A stretch of DNA of 64,000 bases from Podarcis bocagei (taxonomy: Eukaryota), in assembly GCA_964188305.1 (NCBI GenBank), contig OZ076903.1. The stretch is one strand, 5' to 3'. The position numbers were made by a program, and so were the translations under genes. Shown piece after piece: positions 39,608 to 51,591 of the stretch. How positions within the stretch are numbered: the first letter of the stretch is position 1; each line of letters opens with the position of its first letter. The notes beneath the pieces were generated by a model. That model searched no databases. It was not told where the DNA came from and was given only the letters and a program-made list of their open reading frames with translations.

Positions 39608-39680
39608 GAACCCATGTAGTTCCCAGACAGTCGCCCATCCAGACACAAACCACCCCCAGACCTGCTTAGCTTCAGTAAGG
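39608..39680 (-). mobile_element. 5S rRNA-derived fragment (SINE3-like)
   Basis: Minus strand gaagctaagcagg..tggatgggcgactgtctgggaa resembles the 5S internal control region. Confidence 0.55.
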
Positions 39681-39825
39681 TGGTGAACTTTTGTTCTTTC
39701 ATACTGCAGCCTGGGACCTGTTCTACTTTCAAACCATTACCCTAATAAAAATCAATGAGGCACAGAAAAGTAATGAAGTTATATTTAAAAGCTTATAAAA
39801 TGACTTATTCGCAGAAACTTCACAT

Positions 39826-39831
39826 TTTATT
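39826..39831 (-). terminator. Candidate polyadenylation signal (AATAAA) of the MAT-like gene
   Basis: First AATAAA on the minus strand, about 225 nt after the stop codon. Confidence 0.55.
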
Positions 39832-40054
39832 CCTCCAGACACTTTAGATTTGATTGCCTTCTTTCAAACCTTGCCCCCTTCTTTTTGAGAGTCAACATTT
39901 TTTAAAACCATAATCTGGTTTTTCTGAAAAGGGTAAACCCAGATTAAATGCAGGGATTAATACAGGCTGCATTTTGAGGCCAACAATGTTGTGTGGATAC
40001 TGTGAGTAATTTGTTGTATTCCACAATAAATGCCAATCTGGAAGCAACCCATAA

Positions 40055-40157
40055 CTAGTAAACCAGCTTTTTAGGTTGTTCCCATGTAAATTCTTCTCTT
40101 CCAAAATGCCCGTAGCATGCAGTCTGTTGATAAATGGGACTCTTCAAGTTCAGTTCT
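40055..40157 (-). CDS. MAT-like exon 9: [33 protein letters not shown]
   Basis: Acceptor TACAG, 103 nt to the TAG stop. The nine exons sum to 1170 nt (389 aa plus stop) with no frameshift. Confidence 0.95.
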
Positions 40158-40162
40158 CTGTA
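40154..40162 (-). promoter_or_regulatory. METTL16 consensus nonamer UACAGAGAA spanning the last 3' splice site of the MAT-like gene
   Basis: Minus strand reads ...tctttgccTACAG|AGAActg, an exact match to the METTL16 motif of U6 and MAT2A hairpins. Function is unproven. Confidence 0.45.
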
Positions 40163-40913
40163 GGCAAAGAAAACATATTTCTGTTACCTCACAAGACTAG
40201 CAGAGAAATCCTAAGTGGCTTCAGAGCCACCACACTTCACACGAGGCTACTCAGAAGTAAGGGGAACAGTGTGAAAGCACCTGCTCAGATCAGGGCCTGT
40301 CTGAGAGCTAGGAATGGGTGGAACCCCCAGCTTCTATGTAAGCTCTGTCTAAACTGTTTCATTGCTGAAGCTTCAGATGTCCTGATTGGGATGGGATGGG
40401 ATGAATGAAGGCAGACAACGCCACATCTTGAATGGGTCAAGTAGGTTTTTTTTTACTTTTAACCTTCTTCCTTAAGGGTTTTTCAGATGGCGAGCTCTTT
40501 TACCTTTTCCTCACATATGACTAGAATAAACAGAAGGGAGTTCCGTTCCATTCAGATAAATGGACTGGATGATGGTAGTAGGGACAAACGCTCCATCATT
40601 TCAGACCATTTTATTCCAACCATCTGAGATAAGAATGGAACTTAGGTTCTCTAGAAGGTTTTCCTGATTAGTTTAGAGCTCTTAGGGGTCCTCTCTTCTA
40701 AGTTGGGCTGAGCCCACCAGGTGTAGCACGGGACTAACAAACGCTATCTAAAGAGTCCCCAAGCAAACTCTTGTGGCGGGTTGAATCCTGACCTCTCTTC
40801 AAAGTGAGAAATCCACTGGGTGTACTCTCAAGGCGAGGACACGTTCTTGGTCTCTCATCTGAAGGGAAAACTTTACCGTAGGCACCCAAAGATCCATTTT
40901 TAAAAGGACAAAC

Positions 40914-41047
40914 CTTATGATTGGCCCAAGGCGAAGGTCAAAGTTCTTCTGAATGATATCCAGCAGCTCATCTTCTGATCTGTCCGAAGTACCGTAATGA
41001 AACACCGAGATGGCCAGTGGGTGACTCAATCCAATCGCGTAAGACAG
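40914..41047 (-). CDS. MAT-like exon 8: LSYAIGLSHPLAISVFHYGTSDRSEDELLDIIQKNFDLRLGPII/R
   Basis: AG/GT bounded, 134 nt. Confidence 0.95.
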
Positions 41048-41815
41048 CTGAAGGATATAGAAGTTCGCTGTAGCTGAAGAGTATTTGAGTTCATATGAAC
41101 TGATAGCATTACAGCTTGGGATCTGTTCCTGGTTACTTTATCAGTGGATACCTGAACCAGGGTTGCCCTTGTCTAAGTCCAACACTTTCTCTCAACCACA
41201 CCACACTGACTCTTTTTAAACCACTTTGGATGCACGTGTGAAGCATCTCTCCAAGTTTCATTCAGAAAAGGGACCCCTTAATAATTAGAGGATTTGAGGA
41301 AACACTGGTATAATCTGTGCTATCCATAGTACCAACATGAGGCACAGCAGTTATGTACTTAGGAACCCACACCCCCATAAAATTAATACATTTTATGAAT
41401 GCAATTAACCCCTATTGTTTATCACACAGTTGAAAAAATGTCCACAATAAACGCAGCATTTGTAACATCACAATGGTTCCCATTGACTAAGGATGCTGCC
41501 TGGAAGATAACCTTGATTCGCAAATAGAAAATCAGTAACAGCTATAGGAAAATCCAAGGGGAGGAAAGCTGCAAACAGAGTTCTTCGAATGTTTCAAGCC
41601 AACTCTGTCAAGGGAAAGATTTGGTGCTACTCAATAAAGACAGCCTAGGACAGTTTTTCACTATCTCCTCTAACGAGACTTAGGCTGTGCACACATTGCT
41701 GGCTTAAAACAGCATTAGGTCATGCTTTTTCTCAGATCAAATTTGGTTTTGGGAACAACAGATCAGAAAAGCAGCACTTAGTAAGAAACAACAGGATAGA
41801 TATGAATGGCTGTAC

Positions 41816-42163
41816 CAGGTGGCGCTGTGGGTTAAACCACAGCCTAGGGCTTGCCAATCAGAAGGTCGGCAGTTCAAATCTCCGCGACAGGGTGAGTGCC
41901 CGTTGCTCGGTCCCTGCTCCTGCCAACCTAGCAGTTTGAAAGCACGTCAAAGTGCAAGTAGATAAATAGGTACCGCTCTGGCAGGAAGGTAAATGGCGTT
42001 TCCGTGCGCTGCTTCGCCACAAGCGGCTTAGTCATGCTGGCCACATGACCCGGAAGCTGTACACCGGCTCCCTCAGCCAATAAAGTGAGATGAGCGCCGC
42101 AACCCCAGAGTCGGCCACGACTGGATCTAATGGTCAGGGGTCCCTTTAACTTTACCTTTTACC
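41816..42163 (+). mobile_element. Sauria SINE in MAT-like intron 7
   Basis: Similar to the other copies in the window. Confidence 0.9.
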
Positions 42164-42372
42164 GCTTCCCAAACGACTGGTGAGAGCTCATTGGATGCAG
42201 AGTAAAAGGCAGTGTGTACACCACCTAAGGTTACCCGCGGTGCAGAGTTGTCCCAAGCAGTTTTTAATCACGCAGAACTCAGCATAAAGGCTTTCCTCCA
42301 AACATACTGGGTTTCATCTCTGTTGTGCAATTCCCCCACATTTGGTCCAAGGCTCCACTGGCCCCCTCTTAC

Positions 42373-42555
42373 CTGCACCAATACTCTCCTGCAAAGGCCT
42401 GCTTTCACCAGGGACTTTGCCACCCAGCGAGCTGCATAGGCTCCTGAACGATCAACTTTGGAGGGATCTTTCCCCGAAAAAGCACCCCCTCCATGAGCAC
42501 CCCAGCCTCCATAGGTATCCACAATGATCTTTCTGCCAGTCAGGCCAGCATCAGC
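42373..42555 (-). CDS. MAT-like exon 7: [61 protein letters not shown]
   Basis: AG/GT bounded, 183 nt, GGGAFSGKD signature. Confidence 0.97.
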
Positions 42556-42586
42556 CTGAAAAGAAAAGAAATACATTTTTTAAATA

Positions 42587-42796
42587 CTGTATTTTTCGCT
42601 CTATAAGATGCACCAGACCATAAGACGCACCTAGTTTTTGGAGGAGGAAAACAAAAAAATATATATATTCTGAATCCCTCTTGCTGTTCTGGCTTCTGGG
42701 AGAGCTGCGCAGCCTGCATTCGCTCCATAAGACACACACACATTTCCCCTTACTTTTCACGAGGGAAAAAGTGAGTCTTATAGAGCAGTAATACAG
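42587..42796. mobile_element. Short pogo-like MITE related to the 37619-39165 element
   Basis: Termini ctgtatttttcgctctataaga / tcttatagagcagtaatacag with TA flanks. Confidence 0.8.
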
Positions 42797-43356
42797 TAAA
42801 TAAAAAAAATCACCAGGATGTTTACTTTGCTAACAATGAGTGTCAAATTCATCTCTCAAGATCATAACCGCTTCAATATGTCATTGCAGTGTAAAAAGCC
42901 TGGCACCGGGATTGCAATCCCATGCCCACTTATCTAGGTGTAAACATAAATCAACAGGGCACACTTTTGAGGAGGCATGTATAGGATTCCACTACAACAG
43001 TGGTATCACACGCGCACAAACTGTTTGGAGCACAAATGTCTTTTTTAAGCAGCCTCAGGTTAAAGGGAAACTACAGACAAGGGTAGAAATTTAAGATTTA
43101 AATCAAGCAATAGCCTAGTAACCTTGCGGTACTTTATTTGTTGCATTGGGGTTGTGTTCTATCTCATTTACTAGCTTTGGCAAATGTCCCCCCCCCCCCG
43201 CAGATTGACATTTGTTCTGATTCAGCAGCAAACGGCAGTTTCCCCATAGAAAGAGGCAGGGCAAATGAAAAGCCAATCAGATTCATGCTTTCTCTCTCTC
43301 TCTCTCTCTCTCTCATTATTGTATATCTAGAGGTTTGGAGGTTAAGGGTACAATAC

Positions 43357-43575
43357 CTTAGGACCACCTGCTAGAAAGGCTTTACTCGGCAGGAGGTGAT
43401 AGACTGTGTTTTCATCCAGGTATTTTGCTGGAACCACTTCTTTCACAACTTTGTCCATCAGCTCTTTCTGTATTTTCTGCAATGGCACCCCAGGAGCGTG
43501 TTGTACAGAAATGACCAAGGTGTGCACTCGGATTGGCTCCAGCGCACCGCCGACTTCTCGGTATTCCATCGTGAC
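43357..43575 (-). CDS. MAT-like exon 6: VTMEYREVGGALEPIRVHTLVISVQH...YHLLPSKAFLAGGPK
   Basis: AG/GT bounded, 219 nt. Confidence 0.95.
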
Positions 43576-44541
43576 CTACAAGATTGGCCGTAGGTTTAAA
43601 CAGTTATATTTTTTGCTTCCGCCACTTTATACAACTCTGCTGAACAAGCCTGAGCTACTGTTTTGTTTTTCATCTATCTTCCGCTATCTTATGTTGCATT
43701 ATTTTATTGCATCCTGATCCTAAAAAGTAAGTTCCACCGAACTCCCAATAGAACCTTTCTATTAGTCACAGACACAAGATCTACCCACTTTGGAAGAATG
43801 TCAGATGAAGCTGATTGACTGTATGGGACTGGCAGAAATGACTGCTAGAATCCGTGACCAGGGAGAAGAGTCGGCAGAAGAAGACTGGAAAAAATTTAAG
43901 GACTATTTACAAAAATATTGTAAAATTAAGGAATGTTGAATGATGTTGGATTGAAATTAAGTGGTTTCAGGCTGTAATTATGATAAAATGACTTTCTTTT
44001 TGTAAGCAAGAATTTAAAGCTATAACAATTTAAGATGTTGAGATAAGGATTTGCTGTATAAACAATTTAAACTGGGTATACAAGAAGGGGAGGTATGAGG
44101 AGGTCGGGGAAATAAGTTATGAGAAAATAAGTTATGAAATTTATGTGTTTTTAATATTTTTATGTTTGTTTTTTCTTTTTGTTTGCAAAAAATTGGAAAC
44201 TTTAATAAATATCTTTTTTTTTTTAAAAAAAGAACCTTTCTATTAGTCACTTTAATTTTCTTTTTACTGCAATGCAGACATGAATCGGTATAGACAATAA
44301 GAAAATAATAAGAGTGTCTGGATCCAGCCAATGACCCATCTGCTCCAGCATCCTGTTCTCACAGTCGCTAACCAAATTCCTGCAAGCAGGATCTGAGGAC
44401 CAAGAGCACTCTCCCATCCTGTAGTTTCCAGAAACTGATATTCAGTAAAATACTGCTTTCAGCAGTGAAGGAAGAACACAGCCTTCAAGGTCAGTAGCCA
44501 CCGACTACTTGGAATATTGTGCAGAGAATGCTATCCTGGTA

Positions 44542-44858
44542 CAGTGGTACCTTGCAAGACGAATGCCTCGCAAGACGGAAAACTCGCAAAACGAAAGGGT
44601 TTTTGGTTTTTAGAGTTGCTTCGCAAGACGATTTTCCCTATGGGCTTGCTTCGCAAGACGGAAACGTCTTGCAAGTTTGTTTCCTTTTTCTTAAAACCGT
44701 TAATACAGTTGCGACTTGACTTCGAGTGTGGTAGCCTTTTTTGAGGTTTTTGAAGACTTTGGTATTTGTGAAGCTTTTCCAAAACTTTTCCGAAACCGTG
44801 CTTCGCAAGACGAAAAAACTCGTGGAACGAATTAATTTCGTCTTGCGAGGCACCACTG
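44542..44858. mobile_element. Tigger-like MITE (cgcaagacgaa family)
   Basis: TIRs plus TA flanks. Confidence 0.82.
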
Positions 44859-44904
44859 TATATCAAGAAAGATTCATCCACCTGCTGCTAACCAGCTAGC
44901 AAAG

Positions 44905-45283
44905 GGGATGCAGGTGGCGCTGTGGTCTAAACCACTGAGCCTCTTGGGCTCTCCGATTGGAAGGCCAGCGGTTTGAATCCCCAGGATGCAATGAGCTCCC
45001 ATTTCTCTTTCCCAGCTCCTGCCAACCTAGCAGTTCGAAAGCATACCAGTGCAAGTAGATAAATAGGTACCGCTGTGGCGGGAAGGTAAACGGCGTTTCC
45101 GTGCGCTCTGGTTTCTGTTCCATTGCACCAGAAGCGGTTTAGTCATGCTGGCCACACAACCCGGAAAGCTGTTGGTGGACAAACGCCGGCTTCCCTGGCC
45201 TGAAAGCAAGATGAGCGTTGCAACCCCATAGTTGCCTTTGACTGGAATTAACTGTCCAAGGGTACTTTACTTTTACCTTTACC
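44905..45283 (+). mobile_element. Sauria SINE in MAT-like intron 5
   Basis: Similar to the other copies; flanking repeat ctaaccagctagc. Confidence 0.9.
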
Positions 45284-45813
45284 TAACCAGCTAGCTTACT
45301 ACCGTAGTAGTCAGGATTGATGGACTGTGGAAGCTAAAGGATAAGCAATGTTTATTAAACCCAATCTACAGGTAGGATATCGGATCAGCATTCTATCCTG
45401 CAGAAAAGAAAGCAGAGGTCACACAGATCACTGTGACTTTAGCTGGGACACAGGAAGTTGCCTTGGCCGCTTTGAGAACAGGATGCTGAAGTGGAGAATG
45501 GACCTCTGGCCTGACCCAGCAGGGCTTGATTTATGTTCATAGGGTATGATTCAAACAGACAAACAGTTTGTTGGGTGAAGCTGTAGAGCCCAGCAGAAGC
45601 TTGATACCACTTGGCTCTGCCAGTTGTCTACACTAGGCCAGGGATGAACTGTATCCATATGTTGATTGTTTACAATATTCTAGCTTCAACATAGCTTTGA
45701 CCATGTTCACATGAGCCTTCAAATGGATAATTTCAATGGGACATAAGCATGTCTCACTTATTTCAGACTTCAGCTCTGCTCATTATTTTTGACAGTCCTT
45801 GGTATATACCAAC

Positions 45814-45957
45814 CTGTGTTTTCCCATCGGGTCGAAGCCAGGGCAGAACTCCATTTCTCTCCAGGGATTTAATCTTCCCGTTAAGTTTATGCGCAAGAAG
45901 GATAGTTAGGGGCATGCACTCCTCAGTTTCATCAGTGGCGTAACCAAACATCAAGCC
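45814..45957 (-). CDS. MAT-like exon 5: [48 protein letters not shown]
   Basis: AG/GT bounded, 144 nt. Confidence 0.96.
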
Positions 45958-46035
45958 CTGCGTTAGAAATCACATGGCTATATTTACCATAAGCATATTG
46001 GCTTCTTCTACAGCTTCGAGTGCAGATCGGCAATA

Positions 46036-46510
46036 CAGTGGTACCTCGGGTTAAGTACTTAATTCGTTCTGGAGGTCCGTTCTTAACCTGAAACTGTTCT
46101 TAATCTGAAGCACCACTTTAGCTAATGGGGCCTCCTGCTGCCGCCGTGCTGCCGGAGCATGATTTCTGTTCTTATCCTGAAGCAAAGTTCTTAACCTGAA
46201 GCACTATTTCTGTGTTAGCGGAGTCTGTAACCTGAAGCCTATGTAACCTGAGGTACCACTGTACAGTCATACCTCTTGTTACGTTTGCTTCATGTTACGT
46301 TTTTTCAGGTTGCGTCCTGCGGCGACTTGGAGGTACCGGAGAGGATTACTTCCGGGTTTCGCCGCTCGCGCATGCGCAGATGCACAAAATGACATCATGC
46401 GCAGAAGCGGCGAATCACGGACCTGTGCGTGCACAGACACAGGTTGCTTTCCTTTCATGTTGTGAATGGGCCTCTGGGACAGATCCCGTTCGCAACCAGA
46501 GGTACCACTG
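46036..46510. mobile_element. Two adjacent Tigger-like MITEs (46036-46261 and 46264-46510) sharing one TA
   Basis: Both have intact terminal inverted repeats, joined by a single TA. Confidence 0.8.
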
Positions 46511-46867
46511 TAAAGCAACACATGCAGAGGTAGAAGTGAGGCAGCTAACCTCTTCCCCTTCTTTCCCTCTAAAATTGAACTACAATTTCCAAGAGACAGC
46601 TACAATTCCCAGAGTGCTGAAGAATCAATCGCCCTTCCAGGGAACTCTGGAAATTTGAGGTCAGTGAGGAGGATAGAGGGTTCTCTTAACAACTTTCAGC
46701 ACTCTTAAGAAAAGACAGTTCCCAGGATATTCTGGGGGAAGCAATGACTACTTAAAGTAGTATGATACTGCCTTAAATGTACAACGCAGATGGGGTCACA
46801 GACAGAAAATGTAGGGGCCTGAAGTGCTTCATAGAAGAGGGTGGGAACCCAAACAGAAGCATGTTAC

Positions 46868-46980
46868 CTGGTCTCCAGCTCCAATATCATCCCCAGTCTT
46901 CCCCTCGGTGATGGCTTGTTTGATCTCATGGCACTGCTGCTCCAGGGCTACCAGCACAGTGCAAGTCTTGTAATCCAACC
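46868..46980 (-). CDS. MAT-like exon 4: [38 protein letters not shown]
   Basis: AG/GT bounded, 113 nt, GAGDQG signature, divergent gating loop. Confidence 0.95.
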
Positions 46981-47932
46981 CTGTGAAGTGAATAGCAAGC
47001 CACAATAATGGGCAACTGGCTTGGATGCAGAGGCCTGGTTGGCACATCACACCAGTGCTTGGAATGAATTAATTCAACTTAACTAATCACTGAATTAATT
47101 CCAAAAATCTCTGAATGACACCTGCAAGTAGTTCGTATGATTTCCAGGTGGACTGAACATTAAATTCCTTTTGTGGTGGAGTTTTGCATGGTTTTCAACT
47201 CAATTTTAATTCTAATTCAGCATCTCTGTATCTTTTACATCTGGATTTCATTACACTTAACTCAATGTTTGATGGTGGCCAATGCATTTACCATTTTCAC
47301 CTAAACATCATAATTGCTGGGAAAATAAATAAAACTCACTGAGTCATAGGAGGAGCAATTGTTGCAATCAGTCTCCTTTTAACCATTTAGACACATTGTA
47401 CTGCACAGGCTGTCACTAATTTTGAGTGGGATTCAATCACATTCCAATATATTCAGGTTGTGTAATTTAAATTGATGGTGAGGTCTTGCGCAATAAACCT
47501 GCTACCGTAAAATATCTGTTTTTTGCAAAAAACAGAAAGGGAAACGATGACTAAATGCACTGGAAACTGTGGGCTAACACTTGTTTCGACACAACATCGT
47601 TGAATCTTCCCAGAAACAATTCAGAACGAATGCTCATTAAATAGCCAGGGGATGATGGGAGTTGTAGTCCCAAACATTTGGGGGCGAGGCGGAGTTTGCC
47701 TATGCCTGTTCCAAAGAGACGGTGCTCCTTATAACATGTAGAAGCTGCTTCAAACTTCTCATTTCACACAACATCTTTCACAGCAGTTAGTGAAGCTTGT
47801 TAAGTGAGTAGATTCTAGGTAAAATAACATAATAGTCACCAAGAGGCTCTGATGAGCACCTACTTGTTTCCTCTTAAACAGAATCCATACTTGGTCTATC
47901 TCCAGTGGCTTATTCAAGTTACCACAACCCAC

Positions 47933-48055
47933 CTTTGGAAGAGTCATCATAACCAATCTTCTGGAGGGTGTCTCTCACTACTTGCTGGTAATCAATGATA
48001 GCTTTGGAGGTAATTTCACCACATAGCAAGATCATCCCAGTTTTGGCCACACATT
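47933..48055 (-). CDS. MAT-like exon 3: [41 protein letters not shown]
   Basis: AG/GT bounded, 123 nt, GEITS motif. Confidence 0.95.
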
Positions 48056-48095
48056 CTGCAGAAACATAATTCAAGAAAGCTAGTTATATAGTGGG

Positions 48096-48109
48096 ATAGA
48101 TAGATAGAT

Positions 48110-48156
<47 letters not shown>

Positions 48157-48168
48157 GATAGATAGATA
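48096..48168. repeat. (GATA)n microsatellite
   Basis: Direct reading. Confidence 0.95.
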
Positions 48169-48511
48169 CACACACACACCAAATATTTATTTTCCCCAAT
48201 ATAGACAGTGTGCACTTATGTCCCTGCTTGTATCTTTAAGGCATCCAGTTAAGGCCTTGTCCTGGATACCTGAAATTAGGCACATATCCACTCAGAGCAG
48301 GGCCTTGTCCAAATGGAACATTCTCCTTTGTAATGGTGACAACTTGCAAGTAAAGACCTTTCCATTTTGGGGGGGCATTTGCATTTTGAAGGGCATAGGT
48401 TCTGCAAATTTTAATTGGTTCGATAATTAAACAGTTTAGGCTGCCCTTCTAATCTCATAAGGCTGTCATGCGTCTTGATTTCCTGGACATTAATGGGATT
48501 TCAAAGGTGGA

Positions 48512-48770
48512 ACATTATGTGACATGTTCCCTGACAAAAAGTTGTTTTCAGGAAGAGAATAACTTAGGAAGAAATTGGCAAGGGCTGGTTTTCACTCAGC
48601 ATGCATGGAAGGGAACTATAAACAGTGACTCTGTACCTGAACTGCTGCCTTAATAACCATTTATCATAATAATCAAAGTCCAAGGGGTTATAACGGCTCT
48701 TAAGAAGCTCTTTGTAAGCAGTCCTCTGTGATCCTTGCCCATCTGGCTCCAAGCCAATTAATAATCAATA
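48512..48770 (-). repeat. Duplicate of the MAT-like ATG/promoter segment (52116-52368) inside intron 2
   Basis: Near-identical sequence; ORFs 48564..48752 and 52168..52350 translate almost identically. Confidence 0.92.
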
Positions 48771-49420
48771 GCTAATAGTCTGTGGTCAATATTGCCTGCC
48801 ATGTTTTGATATGCCCCCTTGGCTGTAAGTTTCCAGCCCTTGTAAATGATACTGACACACTTCTACATGAAATTGAAGGGTGTAGGTTCTGCTGTTATTA
48901 CTAGTCCTGCAAATTTTAATTGGTTCAATAATTAAACAGTTTAGGCGGCACTTCTAATCTCATAGGGCTGTCATGCGTCCTGATTTCCCTGGACATTAAC
49001 AGGATTTCAAAGGTTGAATTGATGCCCGGGGGGAATTTCCGAAAGGCAGCATTAAAAGAAAAAATTCTCAAGAACTCCAGAGTCTTCAACAATTTGTGTG
49101 GGGTCCTTTTTTTACTTTTTGAAATATGGCAACCCTATAATCCCAGTGTCGAAGGAGTATGTCCCACTGAATTTACTTCTGAGCAGGCATGGTTCAGATT
49201 GCACTGTAAAGCTATAATTCTATATCCCCTTACCCAGGAGCAGGGCTATTTTGTCAGCCAAAACTTGCCAGAGCTCAGTTCTAGCACCTCTCAAGTGGGC
49301 GCCATTGCCATTTGAAGAGAATGAGGACGGTGTTCACTGTGAGTTCTGGCACCTCTTTTTCGAGAAAAACAGCACTGCCCAGGAGTATACAATTTTGTTT
49401 TTGTTTTAATGGATGTGTAT

Positions 49421-49770
49421 AAAGGTAAAGGGACCCCTGACCATTAGGTCCAGTCGTGGCGGACTCTGGGGTTGTGGCGTTCATCTCGCTGTATAGGCCG
49501 AGGGAGCCAGCGTACAGCTTCCAGGTCATGTGGCCAGCAGGACTAAGCTGCTTCTGACGAACCAGAGCAGCGCACGGAAACGCCGTTTACCTTCCCACCG
49601 GAGTGGTACCTATTTATCTACTTGCACTTTGACGTGCTTTCGAACTGCTAGGTTGGCAGGAGCAGGGACAGAGCAACGGGAGCTCACCCCATTGCGGGGA
49701 TCGAACCGCCGACCTTCTGATCGGCAAGTCCTAGGCTCTGTGGTTTAACCCACAGTGCCACCCGCGTCCC
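49421..49770 (-). mobile_element. Sauria SINE in MAT-like intron 2
   Basis: TSD ttaatggatgtgtata. Confidence 0.92.
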
Positions 49771-50611
49771 TTAATGGATGTGTATAGAATTGTGCTATCA
49801 AGCTGTTGTTTGCCAATTGGTAAAATAATTTCAGCATTAGCCCTTTTGTTGTGTACTGTCTCCAACACCTAATTCCTAGTAGCATGGAGGCCTTAGCTTT
49901 AAGGTCCTGCTCTCCACTGTGGAATCTTTGTCTAGAATTTAGCCGACACTGGGCTTGAAATGTTTAAATTATGATGACTCTTTGCAACCACTTGGGATAC
50001 AATTACAACACAGGGGGAACACCTCTTTGCTACTCCCCCCCCCCCTTTATAATTAAACTAGGCAGAAAATGCGCTATAGTTCTGGGTACTGTTGAATAGC
50101 TTAGGCTCTAGAATGAAGCTTGCACAAATGGACACACATATAATAGTGGTAGTCTGCTGTACAGAAGTGAGGAGTCTTGCTGATGTTCTCCATATTCAGT
50201 TTCTTCCCCCTGCCTTATTGTCTAAAAAATAAAGTATAAGCATTTTGGCTGTTCACCTACTAAAAGAGTCAGAAAAATAGATGTTACGGGGGTTCAAAAT
50301 AGTGCAGAAATGGACAGAGGAGTTGTGCTGACACAGGAAGTGGCCAATACATGCCAATAATAGTTGCCCAGCTGCAGTACACCAGGTGCTTCAAGCTGCA
50401 ATGGATGCATCACCTTGAGAGGGGGAAAGGGAATATTTATTTCCCCAGAAATAAAGCTTATCGTTGGAGAAAGGCCATTTCTTCCTCAGTAATGAACACC
50501 TGCATTTTTACTGCACGCTTAAAAAAAAAAAAAAAACCCTGCAAAGGTGTAACGAAACACAAAACACAAACCCTCTGTAATTTGCTCTGCTAGGCCATAG
50601 ATGAGACTTAC

Positions 50612-50689
50612 CACAAGCAACCTTAGCATCTGGATCAACCTTAATATGAGCATCAAGAACAGCATCACTGATCTGGTCACACAGTTTAT
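50612..50689 (-). CDS. MAT-like exon 2: [26 protein letters not shown]
   Basis: AG/GT bounded, 78 nt, conserved [11 protein letters not shown] motif. Confidence 0.95.
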
Positions 50690-50992
50690 CTACACGGGTG
50701 GAAAGGAAAAAAACAAAAATAAGCCAGGTTTCTATAATTCATTTAGTTGTCAACTGCCTAAGAACAGGCTACCTAGGCTGCACTAGTTGGCCTGGAAGCC
50801 AATCCAGGTGGAATCTATGCACATATAAAAAATGTTCTGAAAATGCTTTTTTTGTATATATAAAAAAGCATTTTAAAAAACACATTGAATTTTCCATAAG
50901 GCTCACCATTGCCACCTAGTATCACATTGTATACTGCACTTAAAACACACTTAAAATGTTTTATTTGCAGCTGTATAGCTGAGTCGCCATTG

Positions 50993-51038
<46 letters not shown>
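50993..51038. repeat. (TTG)n microsatellite
   Basis: Direct reading. Confidence 0.95.
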
Positions 51039-51341
51039 ATTTAAAAGCAACATTTTTTCTGAGCTTTTCAGAGGTCACAATACCCTCCACAAGTACATCA
51101 AACATCCACCTGGGTTTGCTAGAAAGCAGTTAAATAAAGAAACCACTGGGATGACATTTGAGAACGTACATACCTCAGTGGTAGAGCACTTGCTTTGCAT
51201 GCATAATGCTTCAGGTTCAATCCCCACCATCTCCAGGTAGGTTGGGACAGACCTGTGCCTGAAATCCGGGGGGGGGGGGGGAGTTGCTGCCAGTCAGTGT
51301 AGACAACACTGTGCTAGATGGACCAATTGTCTGACTCAGTA

Positions 51342-51591
51342 CAGTCATACCTTGGATCCCAAACGCCTTGCGAGTCTAAAGTTTTGGCTTCAGAACACCT
51401 CAAACCCAGAAGTGAGTGTTCCAGTTTGCGAACCTTCCTTGGAACCCAAACGTCTGACGTGGCTTATGCGGCTTCCGATTGGCTACAGGAGCTTCCTGCA
51501 GCCAATTGGAAGCCGCACCTTGGTTCCTGAACGTTTTGGAAGTCGAACGGACTTCTGGAACGGATTCTGTTCAACTTCCAAGGTACCACTG
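51342..51591. mobile_element. Tigger-like MITE inserted into the tail of a tRNA-derived SINE (about 51170-51340)
   Basis: TIRs plus TA; SINE head ctcagtggtagagc...ggttcaatcccc lies upstream. Confidence 0.78.

Noticed and set aside
48564-48752. Duplicated 60-62 aa ORF (also 52168..52350) as a micropeptide gene
   Set aside because: It starts at a non-ATG codon, and the similarity is explained by the recent DNA duplication.
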